From Chloroflexia bacterium (GTDB lineage Bacteria > Chloroflexota > Chloroflexia > Chloroheliales > Chloroheliaceae), in NCBI GenBank assembly GCA_038207455.1, contig JBBQZT010000016.1:3298-67297 (forward strand): 64,000 bases of DNA, in the 5' to 3' direction. Shown in pieces: positions 29,304 through 38,045 of this stretch (positions within the stretch are counted from its first letter, which is position 1; every line of letters begins with the position of its first letter). The notes under the pieces were generated by a model, which saw only the letters and a list, made by a program, of their open reading frames with translations, had not been told where the DNA came from and made no database searches. The translations under genes and the position numbers were made by a program.

Positions 29304-29480
29304 CTAGGATACCCGAACTCCAGCAAGCCTGATAATACCTGTGGTAGCCTGGGTGAGATTACGAACATCACCGTAAGCTGCAAGCTGCGGTTTGTGGTAG
29401 GTTCGTTTTACATTTGTAGGGACGCTTTCAGTGCTAATCTCTGACTCGGAAGGCTGCTGAGTCTCTTGTTTGCTTTCCAT
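29304..29480 (-). CDS. 58-aa peptide with a lasso-type leader motif (not in the ORF track, which cuts off at 60 aa)
   Basis: MESKQETQQPSESEISTESVPTNVKRTYHKPQLAAYGDVRNLTQATTGIIRLAGVRVS. GGAGG lies 7 nt before the ATG. Residues 28-44 fit Y-x2-P-x-L-x3-G-x5-T-x. The ORF ends 34 nt before the oxygenase start. Confidence 0.55.
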   Translation of the reverse strand: MESKQETQQPSESEISTESVPTNVKRTYHKPQLAAYGDVRNLTQATTGIIRLAGVRVS

Positions 29481-29576
29481 TTAATGACCTCCAATAAATA
29501 CATAAATAGAACCTGATTATTCAGAAGATGAGAAAAGTAAAGGGAAAGAGGTTTTCAAGGGACACCCTGCCATACG

Positions 29577-29604
29577 CACGGAGCGTTCTCCGTGACCTCT
29601 GAGG
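29577..29604. repeat. Family D short element (CACGGAG hairpin plus CAGAGG)
   Basis: CACGGAGCGTTCTCCGTGACCTCTGAGG. Related copies lie at 34887-34913 and 49295-49323. This copy lies in the 5' leader of the small ORF. Confidence 0.5.
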
Positions 29605-29609
29605 GATGG

Positions 29610-29638
29610 ATACTAGCAGAAATCAAAATACCTGTCAA
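29610..29638 (-). promoter_or_regulatory. Sigma-70-like promoter, TTGACA-17 nt-TAGTAT, for the peptide-oxygenase pair
   Basis: The minus strand reads TTGACAGGTATTTTGATTTCTGCTAGTAT, immediately downstream of the nuclease-gene terminator. Confidence 0.55.
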
Positions 29639-29651
29639 ATATTTACTTTAC

Positions 29652-29690
29652 AAAAAAAGAAAAGCCCCCAGGTCGAAACCCAGAGGCTTT
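29652..29690 (-). terminator. Intrinsic terminator of the nuclease gene
   Basis: The minus strand reads AAAGCCTCTGGGTTTCGACCTGGGGGCTTTTCTTTTTTTG: a GC/GU stem, a TTCG loop and a T-run, 22 nt after the stop at 29713. Confidence 0.65.
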
Positions 29691-29712
29691 TGCTATTTAA
29701 CCCTGTGTGAAC

Positions 29713-32700
29713 CTATTGGTTAGGCTCGGTGTAGGTATAGAACAAGCCTGCACCTGGATTAGTAGCGTTGGTGGTGTCAATCAAGGCGTTGGGTGTGCCG
29801 CCCGTTTGGTTCAACACGGCTGTCCCGTAGGTCAGACCACTGATGCCACCTTGAAATACTCCGACGCTGGCATACGGGTTCAAGGTGTAGTTGGCGGGCG
29901 TTAGGCCAGCTATCGGTTGACCGTTGATACCGTAGTAAGTTAGCGTGAAGCTGACCACGCTGCTACTGGCGTTAAAGACTGTCGTACCAGTCGTATAGCC
30001 GAAGCCGCCGTTGGCTATCACGGGCAAACCTACTACCTCGCTTCCACTGGCTGCCGCGCTATAGGTTCCGCTTTCGCTGCTGGTGGTCACGTTGATGTTG
30101 TCTTCGTTGACGACCATCACTACGCCGCCACCTGTTGCAGTAACCACTGCCGCCCCTGTAAAGCCAATAGGTAAACCACTGTTGCCGCCCGGCCCTTGAT
30201 AAAGTGGCTGGATGCTACGCCCATTAAGGGTGAAAGCTGGCATTGGGGTAGCCGTACCGCTCAAGTTGTAGTAGGTTACGCTCACGGAAACAGGAGCGGA
30301 ATTGGGATTGACAATGTTTACGCCTGTCACAAACCCACCGTAGGCGTTGTTAAAGATAGCCGGAGCATACAGCGTATTCTTGGGACTGGCCTGAGCATTG
30401 GCAATCGCCACGAAGCGGATGTCGGGGCGTTGCTCCAGCACCTGAGCTACCAACGATGAGCCGGATGCACCAGCGATTTGCGCCCAACCATAGAAACCTG
30501 CTGGTAAGTTGCTGGCGACGGCGGTCTGGTCGAGCGTAACCGACTGGCGCGGGCCAATCGTGATGTTCTGGCTAGAATTGGCCGGCGCATTACCGGACTG
30601 GTCGTAGAAATTGACCGTCGCGGTAGTAGTAACCGTGCTACTGTTAAACACCATTAGCTGAGTGATGAACCCACCCTGGTTGTTGATTGCCAGCGGCGCG
30701 GTTAGATTGGCTGCCGAACCCTGACTGACGGCATACGCACTGCCGCCGAAAGGCGTGCCTTCGGCCACAATCACGTTAAGCGGCTGGTCACTGCTAATAA
30801 TACCTGCCCCTTTTGCTCCGGTGTTGTAAGGGTTGGACGGCAAAGCTTCACCATACGGCGCAATGGTGGTAACGACCGTAGCAGCGGTCAAAGTCATACC
30901 CGTGCTATCAAAGTAGTTGATGGTCACGGTAGCCGTAACCGGGCCGTTATTCTGGAAGGCTAAATAGCTGGTGAACGTGCCTGTAATGGGCGCACCCGGA
31001 TTATATTGGTTGCCCAAGAACGGCAGATTGTAGGTGTAGGTCTGGCTAAAATCGAAAACCACAGTTTCCGGTTCATGATCGCTCAACCGCAATGGGTCGG
31101 CATCGGCATAATCGGAGTTGATATGCACGGGTTGGCCTGACCCAGCTACAAGTTTAGAAGCTAAACCTTTGCTATAAAAGATATGGTCAAGGTTTTGAGC
31201 ATTCCCTTCAAAAACGTAAGAATATTTGGCAATGTTGGTGGTCGAACTTTCAACCGCATCGGTCAAAACCTGGCTAGGGCCAACGGGTAAAGTCGCGCCA
31301 TAGCCACCCATTTTGAGAGCCAACAGTTCCGGTTCAAATTCAAACGCATTCATATCACCTGCTACGATGACATTGGCATTCGGGTTAGCGTTCAAAATTT
31401 GCGTCACGAAATCGCGGTTGACGACAGCCTGAGCAATCCGTTGTGGTTCGGACAGTAGCAGCGCAGGCTGGGGGTCGCCATACAAAGCTACATCGCCGCC
31501 CCGCGAAGTCAAATGGTTGCCAATCACAATCAGGCGTTGGCCGTTAAACAGAAACTCTCCGGCCAAGGGTTTACGACTGTTGCTGCTATTGCTCGTTCCA
31601 GTGATGCCCAAACTGTTGGTAACAGTGGTGGTAGGATAAGTCGAGCTAAAAGCCGGATTGGTAGGGTCAATGCGGCCTGGGCTTTGGGTCAGTGTGCCAT
31701 CAGGGTTGACTCCATCCGCCACAGTCGGCCCACCACCGGGTTTACTGACAAAAGTTAAGCCTCTGTCTGTTCGGAACAAGAAAACCACCCGAATATTTCC
31801 ACCCGGTTGTCCGCCGTCCTGGTTATTAACCGGATTGATGTACTGCCAGGTGTAGCTGATGCCCGAATTCGCGAAAATCGCGTCTCGAATATGGCCCAGG
31901 TTTATGTCAGCTGTAACCGTCCCGTCATCGGTGGGGCCGCTATCGTCCTGAATTTCTTCTAACACCATCAAATCAGGCAAACCCAAATAGTTGACGATAT
32001 GATTAGTCAGGGTTAGCACCCGACTATCGCTAACCGTAGTCGAGGAGAAGTTTTCGATGTTGTAATCCACCACCCGCAACTGTTTAGGATTGGTCACGTT
32101 GGCAACTGTGTCGCGCGGCAAGGCATTGGCGGTATAGGTGGGAACGGTGCGGGTTTGAATATACCAGTTGCCGAAAGTGGAGTCCAAAGGCCCCACAATC
32201 GCGCTGGTAATCTGGTCGCCCACCTTGACTGGTGGATTGCCAGGATAGCCCAACGCATCTTTGCCAACCTGAACACGCTGCGAATTAAATTGGGTAGGCG
32301 AAATCGGCAAAGCACCCCGCGAGTTAAAGGTCAGACCCAGGCCGTTGTCCGGCACAACTGCAAATTCATTGAAACCATTGGCAGGCCCAACTACTCGGCC
32401 ATTATCTACTTCCACCAGCATACCTTCGACAGACTCGAACAAGTCCACCGAATTAAGGCTGGGGTCGTAACCGCCCGTCGTGTTATTGTAGGTGCTGCTG
32501 GTATAAATGCTGGATGGTATTAAGCGGATGTAATTGTTACCAGCTTGTAAACGAGCCGGATCAATGGTCAACACGGTAGGTGTAATGGTTGGCCCAACTC
32601 CCTGGTCGGTGACAACCGGATTACTACCAATTTCGGTAAGCGGTTGGTAGGTACTACCGCTACTCCTAAACTCGCTGATTCTACCCACCACTTGAACATT

Positions 32701-33138
32701 ATGACTAATCACTACCGACGGAGCAGCCCCGGTAAAGACAAAAATGCCTTCCGAAGCCGTAATAAAATGGCTGACCGGGTCTTGCAAAAAGAAACCGTTG
32801 GACTTGAGACCAATTACCTCACCCGTCGTGGTAATTGTCTGCCCGACATAGGACGAACGACGCGAAGCACCTTGAAGCTGGTAGATAGGGGTAGTGGCTG
32901 TGACAACTAGCGGCTCAGAAGCTGCCACCACAGTTGGGGCAGGACTAGACACAATGGGCAGATGTAAGCCCGACACCTGCGGCAAGAAAGCACCGCAAAT
33001 GAAGACCACAATAAAGAACCAGCGTCCTAAAGAAGCACTGCTAAAAGAGTGGGTTTTGGCTGGCCGATAAGAAGCAGAAGAATTTTTGTTGGTATTCAAC
33101 ACCAATTTTACCTTTCTGGCTAAACTTTGCTTTGCCAA
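29713..33138 (-). CDS. Secreted endonuclease/exonuclease/phosphatase (EEP) family nuclease, ExeM/NucH-like, with a repeated C-terminal module
   Basis: N-terminal hydrophobic anchor. EEP motifs VVDYNIENF, LMVLEEIQD, GNHLTSRGG, AGDMNAFEF, NLDHIFYS and LSDHEP. Four repeats of about 115 aa in the C-terminal 450 aa. The exact start is uncertain (TTG). Confidence 0.8.
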   Translation of the reverse strand: MAKQSLARKVKLVLNTNKNSSASYRPAKTHSFSSASLGRWFFIVVFICGAFLPQVSGLHLPIVSSPAPTVVAASEPLVVTATTPIYQLQGASRRSSYVGQTITTTGEVIGLKSNGFFLQDPVSHFITASEGIFVFTGAAPSVVISHNVQVVGRISEFRSSGSTYQPLTEIGSNPVVTDQGVGPTITPTVLTIDPARLQAGNNYIRLIPSSIYTSSTYNNTTGGYDPSLNSVDLFESVEGMLVEVDNGRVVGPANGFNEFAVVPDNGLGLTFNSRGALPISPTQFNSQRVQVGKDALGYPGNPPVKVGDQITSAIVGPLDSTFGNWYIQTRTVPTYTANALPRDTVANVTNPKQLRVVDYNIENFSSTTVSDSRVLTLTNHIVNYLGLPDLMVLEEIQDDSGPTDDGTVTADINLGHIRDAIFANSGISYTWQYINPVNNQDGGQPGGNIRVVFLFRTDRGLTFVSKPGGGPTVADGVNPDGTLTQSPGRIDPTNPAFSSTYPTTTVTNSLGITGTSNSSNSRKPLAGEFLFNGQRLIVIGNHLTSRGGDVALYGDPQPALLLSEPQRIAQAVVNRDFVTQILNANPNANVIVAGDMNAFEFEPELLALKMGGYGATLPVGPSQVLTDAVESSTTNIAKYSYVFEGNAQNLDHIFYSKGLASKLVAGSGQPVHINSDYADADPLRLSDHEPETVVFDFSQTYTYNLPFLGNQYNPGAPITGTFTSYLAFQNNGPVTATVTINYFDSTGMTLTAATVVTTIAPYGEALPSNPYNTGAKGAGIISSDQPLNVIVAEGTPFGGSAYAVSQGSAANLTAPLAINNQGGFITQLMVFNSSTVTTTATVNFYDQSGNAPANSSQNITIGPRQSVTLDQTAVASNLPAGFYGWAQIAGASGSSLVAQVLEQRPDIRFVAIANAQASPKNTLYAPAIFNNAYGGFVTGVNIVNPNSAPVSVSVTYYNLSGTATPMPAFTLNGRSIQPLYQGPGGNSGLPIGFTGAAVVTATGGGVVMVVNEDNINVTTSSESGTYSAAASGSEVVGLPVIANGGFGYTTGTTVFNASSSVVSFTLTYYGINGQPIAGLTPANYTLNPYASVGVFQGGISGLTYGTAVLNQTGGTPNALIDTTNATNPGAGLFYTYTEPNQ

Positions 33139-33563
33139 CCAAACCCTGGGCGGCCCTTAAACAGAGAAACCCTGCGTCCTTCGGGCTGACAAAGTGAAAG
33201 TTTTAGATTAAAAAGCGGCACGAAAGCTACCGGACTTAAAAGTTGCCCAGCTTTTCCAACCTTCTGGCTTATTTGGCTACAGATTTCTACTCCTGAAACG
33301 ACCAGACCTCACAAAACTGTCCGATCAGCTTGAATGGTGCAAGCTCGATAATTTATAGCTTAATAGTACAAGGCCACTCTAGCTTTGTCAAACCAACTTC
33401 CAGCAAAGCAGGACAAAATAGGAGGCTTGAGCAAAAAATGACAGCGTATGGATTAGGAGTAAATATTAAAATCGTGTAAAATAGTTTTATGCTAAATATC
33501 TGCGCGGTTCTTCGGAAGCAAATTTTTGATTCAGTTCGCCACAAACAAGGAGTTGAAATTATT

Positions 33564-34853
33564 ATGGAAGATAAAGATATATCAAAGCGGAATTTGTCGC
33601 GTCGCCGTTTCGTCAAGATGGGTGGGGCGTTAGCGGGTATGGCTGCCGTTGGTTCGCTGGCTGCTTGTGGAGATACCAGCCCTACCGCCGCTCCAATTGT
33701 TACGACTGCGGCTAATGCTGCCACGACTGCGGGAACGACTACTGGTGCTACTACGGCGGCAGCGATGACAACGAGTGCTGCTGCCGCCGCTACTACAGGG
33801 GCTGCTACGGGAGCGGGAGGAGTGTTGCCCTTCGCCGGGCGCAGCATCACTCTTTTTGTCTATTCCGGCTTGACCGAAGATACTTTCCGCAACGTTTATG
33901 CCCCGGCTTTCGAGAAGGCGACGGGCGCAAAAATTGTTTTATCGGCTGGGTGGTGGGATGCTGCGGCCAAACTCAAATCGTCGCCTTCCGACCAGCCACC
34001 CTTCGACCTGGTGGAAACCGACCCTATCCAGGGCTATCCTGGTATTCGGGACGACCTTTTTCAGAAAATTGACCTCTCCAAGCTTACTAACTCCAAAGAT
34101 TTCGCCCCGCAAATCCTGGACAGCTACATATACAAAGAGAGTTGGGGCTTACCTTTTATTAGCTCGGCCATGTCGCTCTGTTGGCACAAAGAGCTTGTAC
34201 CGGACGGTCTCAAGAAATGGTCTGACCTGTTTTCGGACGGTCTCAAGGGCAAAATTATGATGTATAACTCCTATTATCTATCGCTTTACACTTTCGCGGT
34301 GGCTAAAGTGGAAATGGACGGTAAGCCCGGCACTGCTCACGCTGAAATGACCAACAACCTGGACGGAGTGATGCAGTTTGCCCGTGACAAGCGCGATTGG
34401 GTCAAATATTGGTGGCCTACTACCGCCGATGCCGTTAATGCACTGCTCCAAAAGAACGTCTCGGCAGGCAACATTCACGGCAACGGCATGATTTCGCCCA
34501 TCAAAGACAACAAGCCCGTAGATTTTATCGTTCCCGATAACGACCAGGCTTACGTCCAGCTATTCTTTGTCGTACCCAAAACCAGCAAAAACAAGGATGT
34601 GGCCGAGGCCGCTATCAACTTCTTTGCCAGCGCGGAAAACCAACGAGCCTTCGGTTTACAAACCGGACAATTGTCGGTCAACATCCCGTCGGTAGCTGCC
34701 GAAGTCGCGCCCAAACAGCCGATATGGGCTAAAGTCTATCCTAACCAGCCCGACCAGTTCTCCAGACTGGCCTACTACCCTTACGATGTTTATGATAAAA
34801 ACTCCGATAAACTTTCAAAGTTTTGGGATAGAGAAGTGCTTCGTAAGGCGTAA
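33564..34853 (+). CDS. ABC transporter substrate-binding lipoprotein (family 1, PotD/polyamine-like)
   Basis: The start at ATG 33564 follows AAGGAG. Twin-arginine-like SRRRFVKMGG and lipobox LAACG, an Ala/Thr-rich linker, and a solute-binding fold length. Confidence 0.8.
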   Translation: MEDKDISKRNLSRRRFVKMGGALAGMAAVGSLAACGDTSPTAAPIVTTAANAATTAGTTTGATTAAAMTTSAAAAATTGAATGAGGVLPFAGRSITLFVYSGLTEDTFRNVYAPAFEKATGAKIVLSAGWWDAAAKLKSSPSDQPPFDLVETDPIQGYPGIRDDLFQKIDLSKLTNSKDFAPQILDSYIYKESWGLPFISSAMSLCWHKELVPDGLKKWSDLFSDGLKGKIMMYNSYYLSLYTFAVAKVEMDGKPGTAHAEMTNNLDGVMQFARDKRDWVKYWWPTTADAVNALLQKNVSAGNIHGNGMISPIKDNKPVDFIVPDNDQAYVQLFFVVPKTSKNKDVAEAAINFFASAENQRAFGLQTGQLSVNIPSVAAEVAPKQPIWAKVYPNQPDQFSRLAYYPYDVYDKNSDKLSKFWDREVLRKA

Positions 34854-34886
34854 AATGGCTACGGGCCACGAGCAATAACCGTTTTT

Positions 34887-34913
34887 CACCACGGAGTCAC
34901 AGAGGTCACGGAG
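34887..34913. repeat. Family D short element
   Basis: CACCACGGAGTCACAGAGGTCACGGAG, enclosed by the inverted pair CCACGAGCAAT / ATTGCTCGTGG. Confidence 0.5.
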
Positions 34914-35004
34914 TTTTTTGAGGTTTTCATGGTTTTCGGTTTTGGCTCATTGCTCGTGGGGTGTGGTACATAATTTTGCGTTGCTAACAGTTTGGCTGTG
35001 CTTT

Positions 35005-35120
35005 GCCGACACCGATGGATTAACCCATCGGCAACCAGATTCCAAACCAACTAAAATGGGTTCTAACAACCTGATAAATCAGGTTTAGAATCTATTGGCC
35101 GATGGGTTAATCCATCGGTA
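35005..35120. repeat. Family A nested-palindrome element, copy 5 (short variant)
   Basis: Arms CCGATGGATTAACCCATCGG / CCGATGGGTTAATCCATCGG, core AACCTGATAAATCAGGTTTAGAAT. Confidence 0.75.
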
Positions 35121-35197
35121 CTGCGTAACCCCTTCAAAAACATAAACCACACCCTTGCTCGTGGCCCATAGCTCGTAGCTATCTATTAGGAGAGAAG

Positions 35198-36280
35198 ATG
35201 CAGGCAGTCCGTCTGGAAGCCGTCTCGAAAATGTATGGAGAAACCGTAGCTGTCAAAGATTTATCGCTGGAGGTAGCCGAGGGGGAATTTCTTTTTCTGC
35301 TCGGCCCTAGTGGGTCAGGCAAAACTACCGTTCTTCGTATGATTGGCGGCTACGAACAACCCAGCAGTGGCAAAATCGAAATCGGCGGCCAGGATGTAAC
35401 CCAACTGCCAGTCCACCAACGTAATATCGGCATGGTTTTCCAAAGCTATGCCCTATTTCCTCACATGACCGTCGCCCAAAATGTGGCTTTTGGCCTCAAG
35501 ATGCGTCACATAGCCAAAAGCGAAATTAAACAAAGAGTGGCCGAAGCCCTGGAACTGGTAGAATTGGACGGCCTGGGACAACGCTATCCAAACCAGCTTT
35601 CGGGCGGGCAACAACAACGAGTGGCTCTGGCGCGGGCCATTGTCTATCGCCCGGCTTTGCTGCTGCTGGACGAACCTCTGGCAAATCTTGACCGCAGATT
35701 GCGCGATACCATGCGGATAGAGCTAAAACAACTGCAAAGGCGGCTGGGACTGACTACCATTATGGTGACACACGACCAGGAAGAAAGTCTGTCTATGGCC
35801 GATAGGGTGGCTTTGCTATATCGGGGTAGCTTAGAACAGTCCGGTTCGTCTGCCGAGATTTACAACCAACCCGCTACGCCGTTCGTGGCCGCTTTCATCG
35901 GGGAGATGAACGTGTTTCGCGGTCAGATTAGCCAGCTGGCCGGAACAGAATACATTGTCCAGGCCGATAATTTTAAGTTCAGAGTAGCCGCCGACCACGC
36001 CGCCCGAATTGGCGATGACATTACAGTATGTTTGCGGGCCGAACGGCTGGTTTTGGGCCAGGCCGCGCTCGAAAGCGATACAGGCTGGAATACTTTTAAG
36101 GCTACAGTTGAGTTTGTGTCTTACCTGGGAGCTTCGACCTTATATTTGCTGCGGCTTGAGTCGGGCGCGACTCTAAAAGCCTTGCAAACCAATTTAGTCG
36201 GACAAACTTTGTACAGTCCTGGTCAATCGCTAATGGTGGGCTGGCCTGTCGCCAGCGCGATTTGTTTTCTCAATGATTAA
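35198..36280 (+). CDS. ABC transporter ATP-binding protein (PotA-like)
   Basis: Walker A GPSGSGKTT, signature LSGGQQQRVALARA, Walker B LLLLDEP, and a C-terminal TOBE-like domain. Confidence 0.92.
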   Translation: MQAVRLEAVSKMYGETVAVKDLSLEVAEGEFLFLLGPSGSGKTTVLRMIGGYEQPSSGKIEIGGQDVTQLPVHQRNIGMVFQSYALFPHMTVAQNVAFGLKMRHIAKSEIKQRVAEALELVELDGLGQRYPNQLSGGQQQRVALARAIVYRPALLLLDEPLANLDRRLRDTMRIELKQLQRRLGLTTIMVTHDQEESLSMADRVALLYRGSLEQSGSSAEIYNQPATPFVAAFIGEMNVFRGQISQLAGTEYIVQADNFKFRVAADHAARIGDDITVCLRAERLVLGQAALESDTGWNTFKATVEFVSYLGASTLYLLRLESGATLKALQTNLVGQTLYSPGQSLMVGWPVASAICFLND

Positions 36281-37199
36281 ACCAACAAGCCAAATTAAAA
36301 AATTTAAGCCTATCCGAAAGCTAGGCTGGCTGTGGCTACTGACCCCCTCGCTTATCTTGATGGGTGGCTTTTTTGTGACACCGCTACTATGGCTGGTGCG
36401 CGTCAGTCTATATGACCGTCCTGGCAGCGCAAGCAAGGGTGGCAGCCGCTTTTACGACCCCGACACCCTGACTTTCAAACAATATGGCGAGTTGTGGAGC
36501 GACTCATTTTACGGTCAGGTTTTCCTGGCTACCGTAATTCAGGCGTTGGTAATAACCCTGGTGGTGATGATGCTGGCTTATCCTTGCGCGGTTATCATTC
36601 ATCGTATGGGGGCGCGGCTAAAATCCGGTGCGCTGCTTTTGGTGATGCTGCCCAAGTTGACTAACCTGCTGGTGCTGACATACGGGTTGCTGGTGTTGTT
36701 TAGCAATAGCGGGGTCATCAACCAGACCTTGCTAAACTTGAAAATTATCAAAGAGCCGTTGCCAATGTTCGCCAATTTATTCGCGGTGGTGGCAACCGAA
36801 ACGGTTATTATTGCCCCCTACCCAATCCTGATACTGGTCAGCTTGTTTGAAGGTCTCGACCCGGCCTTAGAGCAGGCAGCGCGGGGTATGGGCGCAAATC
36901 CTTTCCGGTCTTTTTACGAAACGACTTTCAAACTAACCCTGCCCGGTGCGTTGACTGGGGCATTTATCACCTTTATTTGGGCGTTGGGGGCGTATATCGG
37001 GCCAATCGTGATGGGCAACCCCGACAACTACACTGTTGCGGTGCAGGTTTATACCGAAACTTTTGATAACAACAACTGGCCTTTGGGAGCCGCCCTTGCT
37101 ACCAGTAACGTTTTGCTGGTGGTGGCTTTATTCGTGACGCTGGATTTGCTGCAACGAAGCATCAAGAAAGCTGCCAGGCGAAGGGAGGCCAGCGTTTGA
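36273..37199 (+). CDS. ABC transporter permease (PotB-like)
   Basis: Six hydrophobic helices and an EAA-like loop (..LEQAARGMGANPFRSF..). 8-nt overlap with the ATPase gene. Confidence 0.85.
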   Translation: MIKPTSQIKKFKPIRKLGWLWLLTPSLILMGGFFVTPLLWLVRVSLYDRPGSASKGGSRFYDPDTLTFKQYGELWSDSFYGQVFLATVIQALVITLVVMMLAYPCAVIIHRMGARLKSGALLLVMLPKLTNLLVLTYGLLVLFSNSGVINQTLLNLKIIKEPLPMFANLFAVVATETVIIAPYPILILVSLFEGLDPALEQAARGMGANPFRSFYETTFKLTLPGALTGAFITFIWALGAYIGPIVMGNPDNYTVAVQVYTETFDNNNWPLGAALATSNVLLVVALFVTLDLLQRSIKKAARRREASV

Positions 37200-38032
37200 G
37201 TGTCGCTATTAACCGCTCTCAAGTAACCAAAAGAGCGCGTAGCTGGGGGTATGTGGCCTATTTACCCGTATATTTGCTCGGTCTGCTAATGTTGCTGCTA
37301 CTGCTTGTGCCACTAATTCTGAGCCTGCTGGTAGCTTTTACGCCCGGCGAAACTATTGATATACCCGCGCCCGGTACCTGGTCGTTGCGCTGGTTTGAAC
37401 GCTTCTTCAATGACCCGATCTGGCAAACCGGCGCGGTTAATAGTGCTTTAATAGCCTCAATGACCAGTGGCATTTCGCTCATCGCGGGTACAACCGCCGC
37501 CGTCGCTTTTGAACGTTACGAATTTCCGGCCAAACGGCTGCTCAACCTGTTTATTTTGATGCCGCTTTTCGTGCCGCCCGTCGTTATCGGTATCCAGAAT
37601 TTAGCCTGGCATCAACGCATTGGCATCTGGGGCAGTTTGTTTAGTCTGGCTATCACCCACTCGCTGTGGGCCACGCCGCTGGTCTTTGTAGTGATGCGCT
37701 CGACTTTACGCGGAGTAGATGTGAAACTGGAGGAAGCGGCGGCGGGTATGGGCGCGGCTCCCTTAACCATTTTCCGCAAAATTACCTTCCCGCTTATTTT
37801 GCCCGGTCTATTGGTATCGGCATTTTTCGCCTTTATCATTTCGATGAACGAGTTTGTAATGTCGCTGTTCCTGGCTACTCCCAAAACCCAAACCATCTCA
37901 ACCCTGATTTGGCCGCAACTGCGCTATAATCTGACCCCGTTAGTGGCGGCGGCTTCGGCAGTGCTACTAATCTTGACCGTTGCCATCTTGTTTATCTCAT
38001 CGCGTTTGCTCAACGTGAGAAAATTACTGTAA
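37196..38032 (+). CDS. ABC transporter permease (PotC-like)
   Basis: Six hydrophobic helices and an EAA-like loop (..LEEAAAGMGAAPLTIF..). 4-nt overlap with the upstream permease. Confidence 0.85.
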   Translation: MSVAINRSQVTKRARSWGYVAYLPVYLLGLLMLLLLLVPLILSLLVAFTPGETIDIPAPGTWSLRWFERFFNDPIWQTGAVNSALIASMTSGISLIAGTTAAVAFERYEFPAKRLLNLFILMPLFVPPVVIGIQNLAWHQRIGIWGSLFSLAITHSLWATPLVFVVMRSTLRGVDVKLEEAAAGMGAAPLTIFRKITFPLILPGLLVSAFFAFIISMNEFVMSLFLATPKTQTISTLIWPQLRYNLTPLVAAASAVLLILTVAILFISSRLLNVRKLL

Positions 38033-38045
38033 CAGAGAAAATTAG

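Noticed and set aside
29270-29383. N-terminal extension of the 2OG oxygenase ORF (TTG start at 29383)
   Set aside because: It would overlap the C-terminal part of the well-signalled 58-codon ORF in another frame. The ATG at 29269 with GAAGG upstream gives a typical P4H-type N-terminus.
29304-29480. Calling the small ORF a bona fide lasso peptide precursor
   Set aside because: The leader motif fits. However, the putative core has no Asp/Glu at any position, alternative frames do not rescue one, and no cyclase, leader peptidase or RRE gene is present in the 64 kb. It is reported only as a lasso-leader-like peptide.
33438-33479. 13-codon ORF (MTAYGLGVNIKIV) after a GGAGG
   Set aside because: The spacer between the GGAGG and the ATG is about 12 nt, the peptide is featureless, and it lies in a divergent promoter region.
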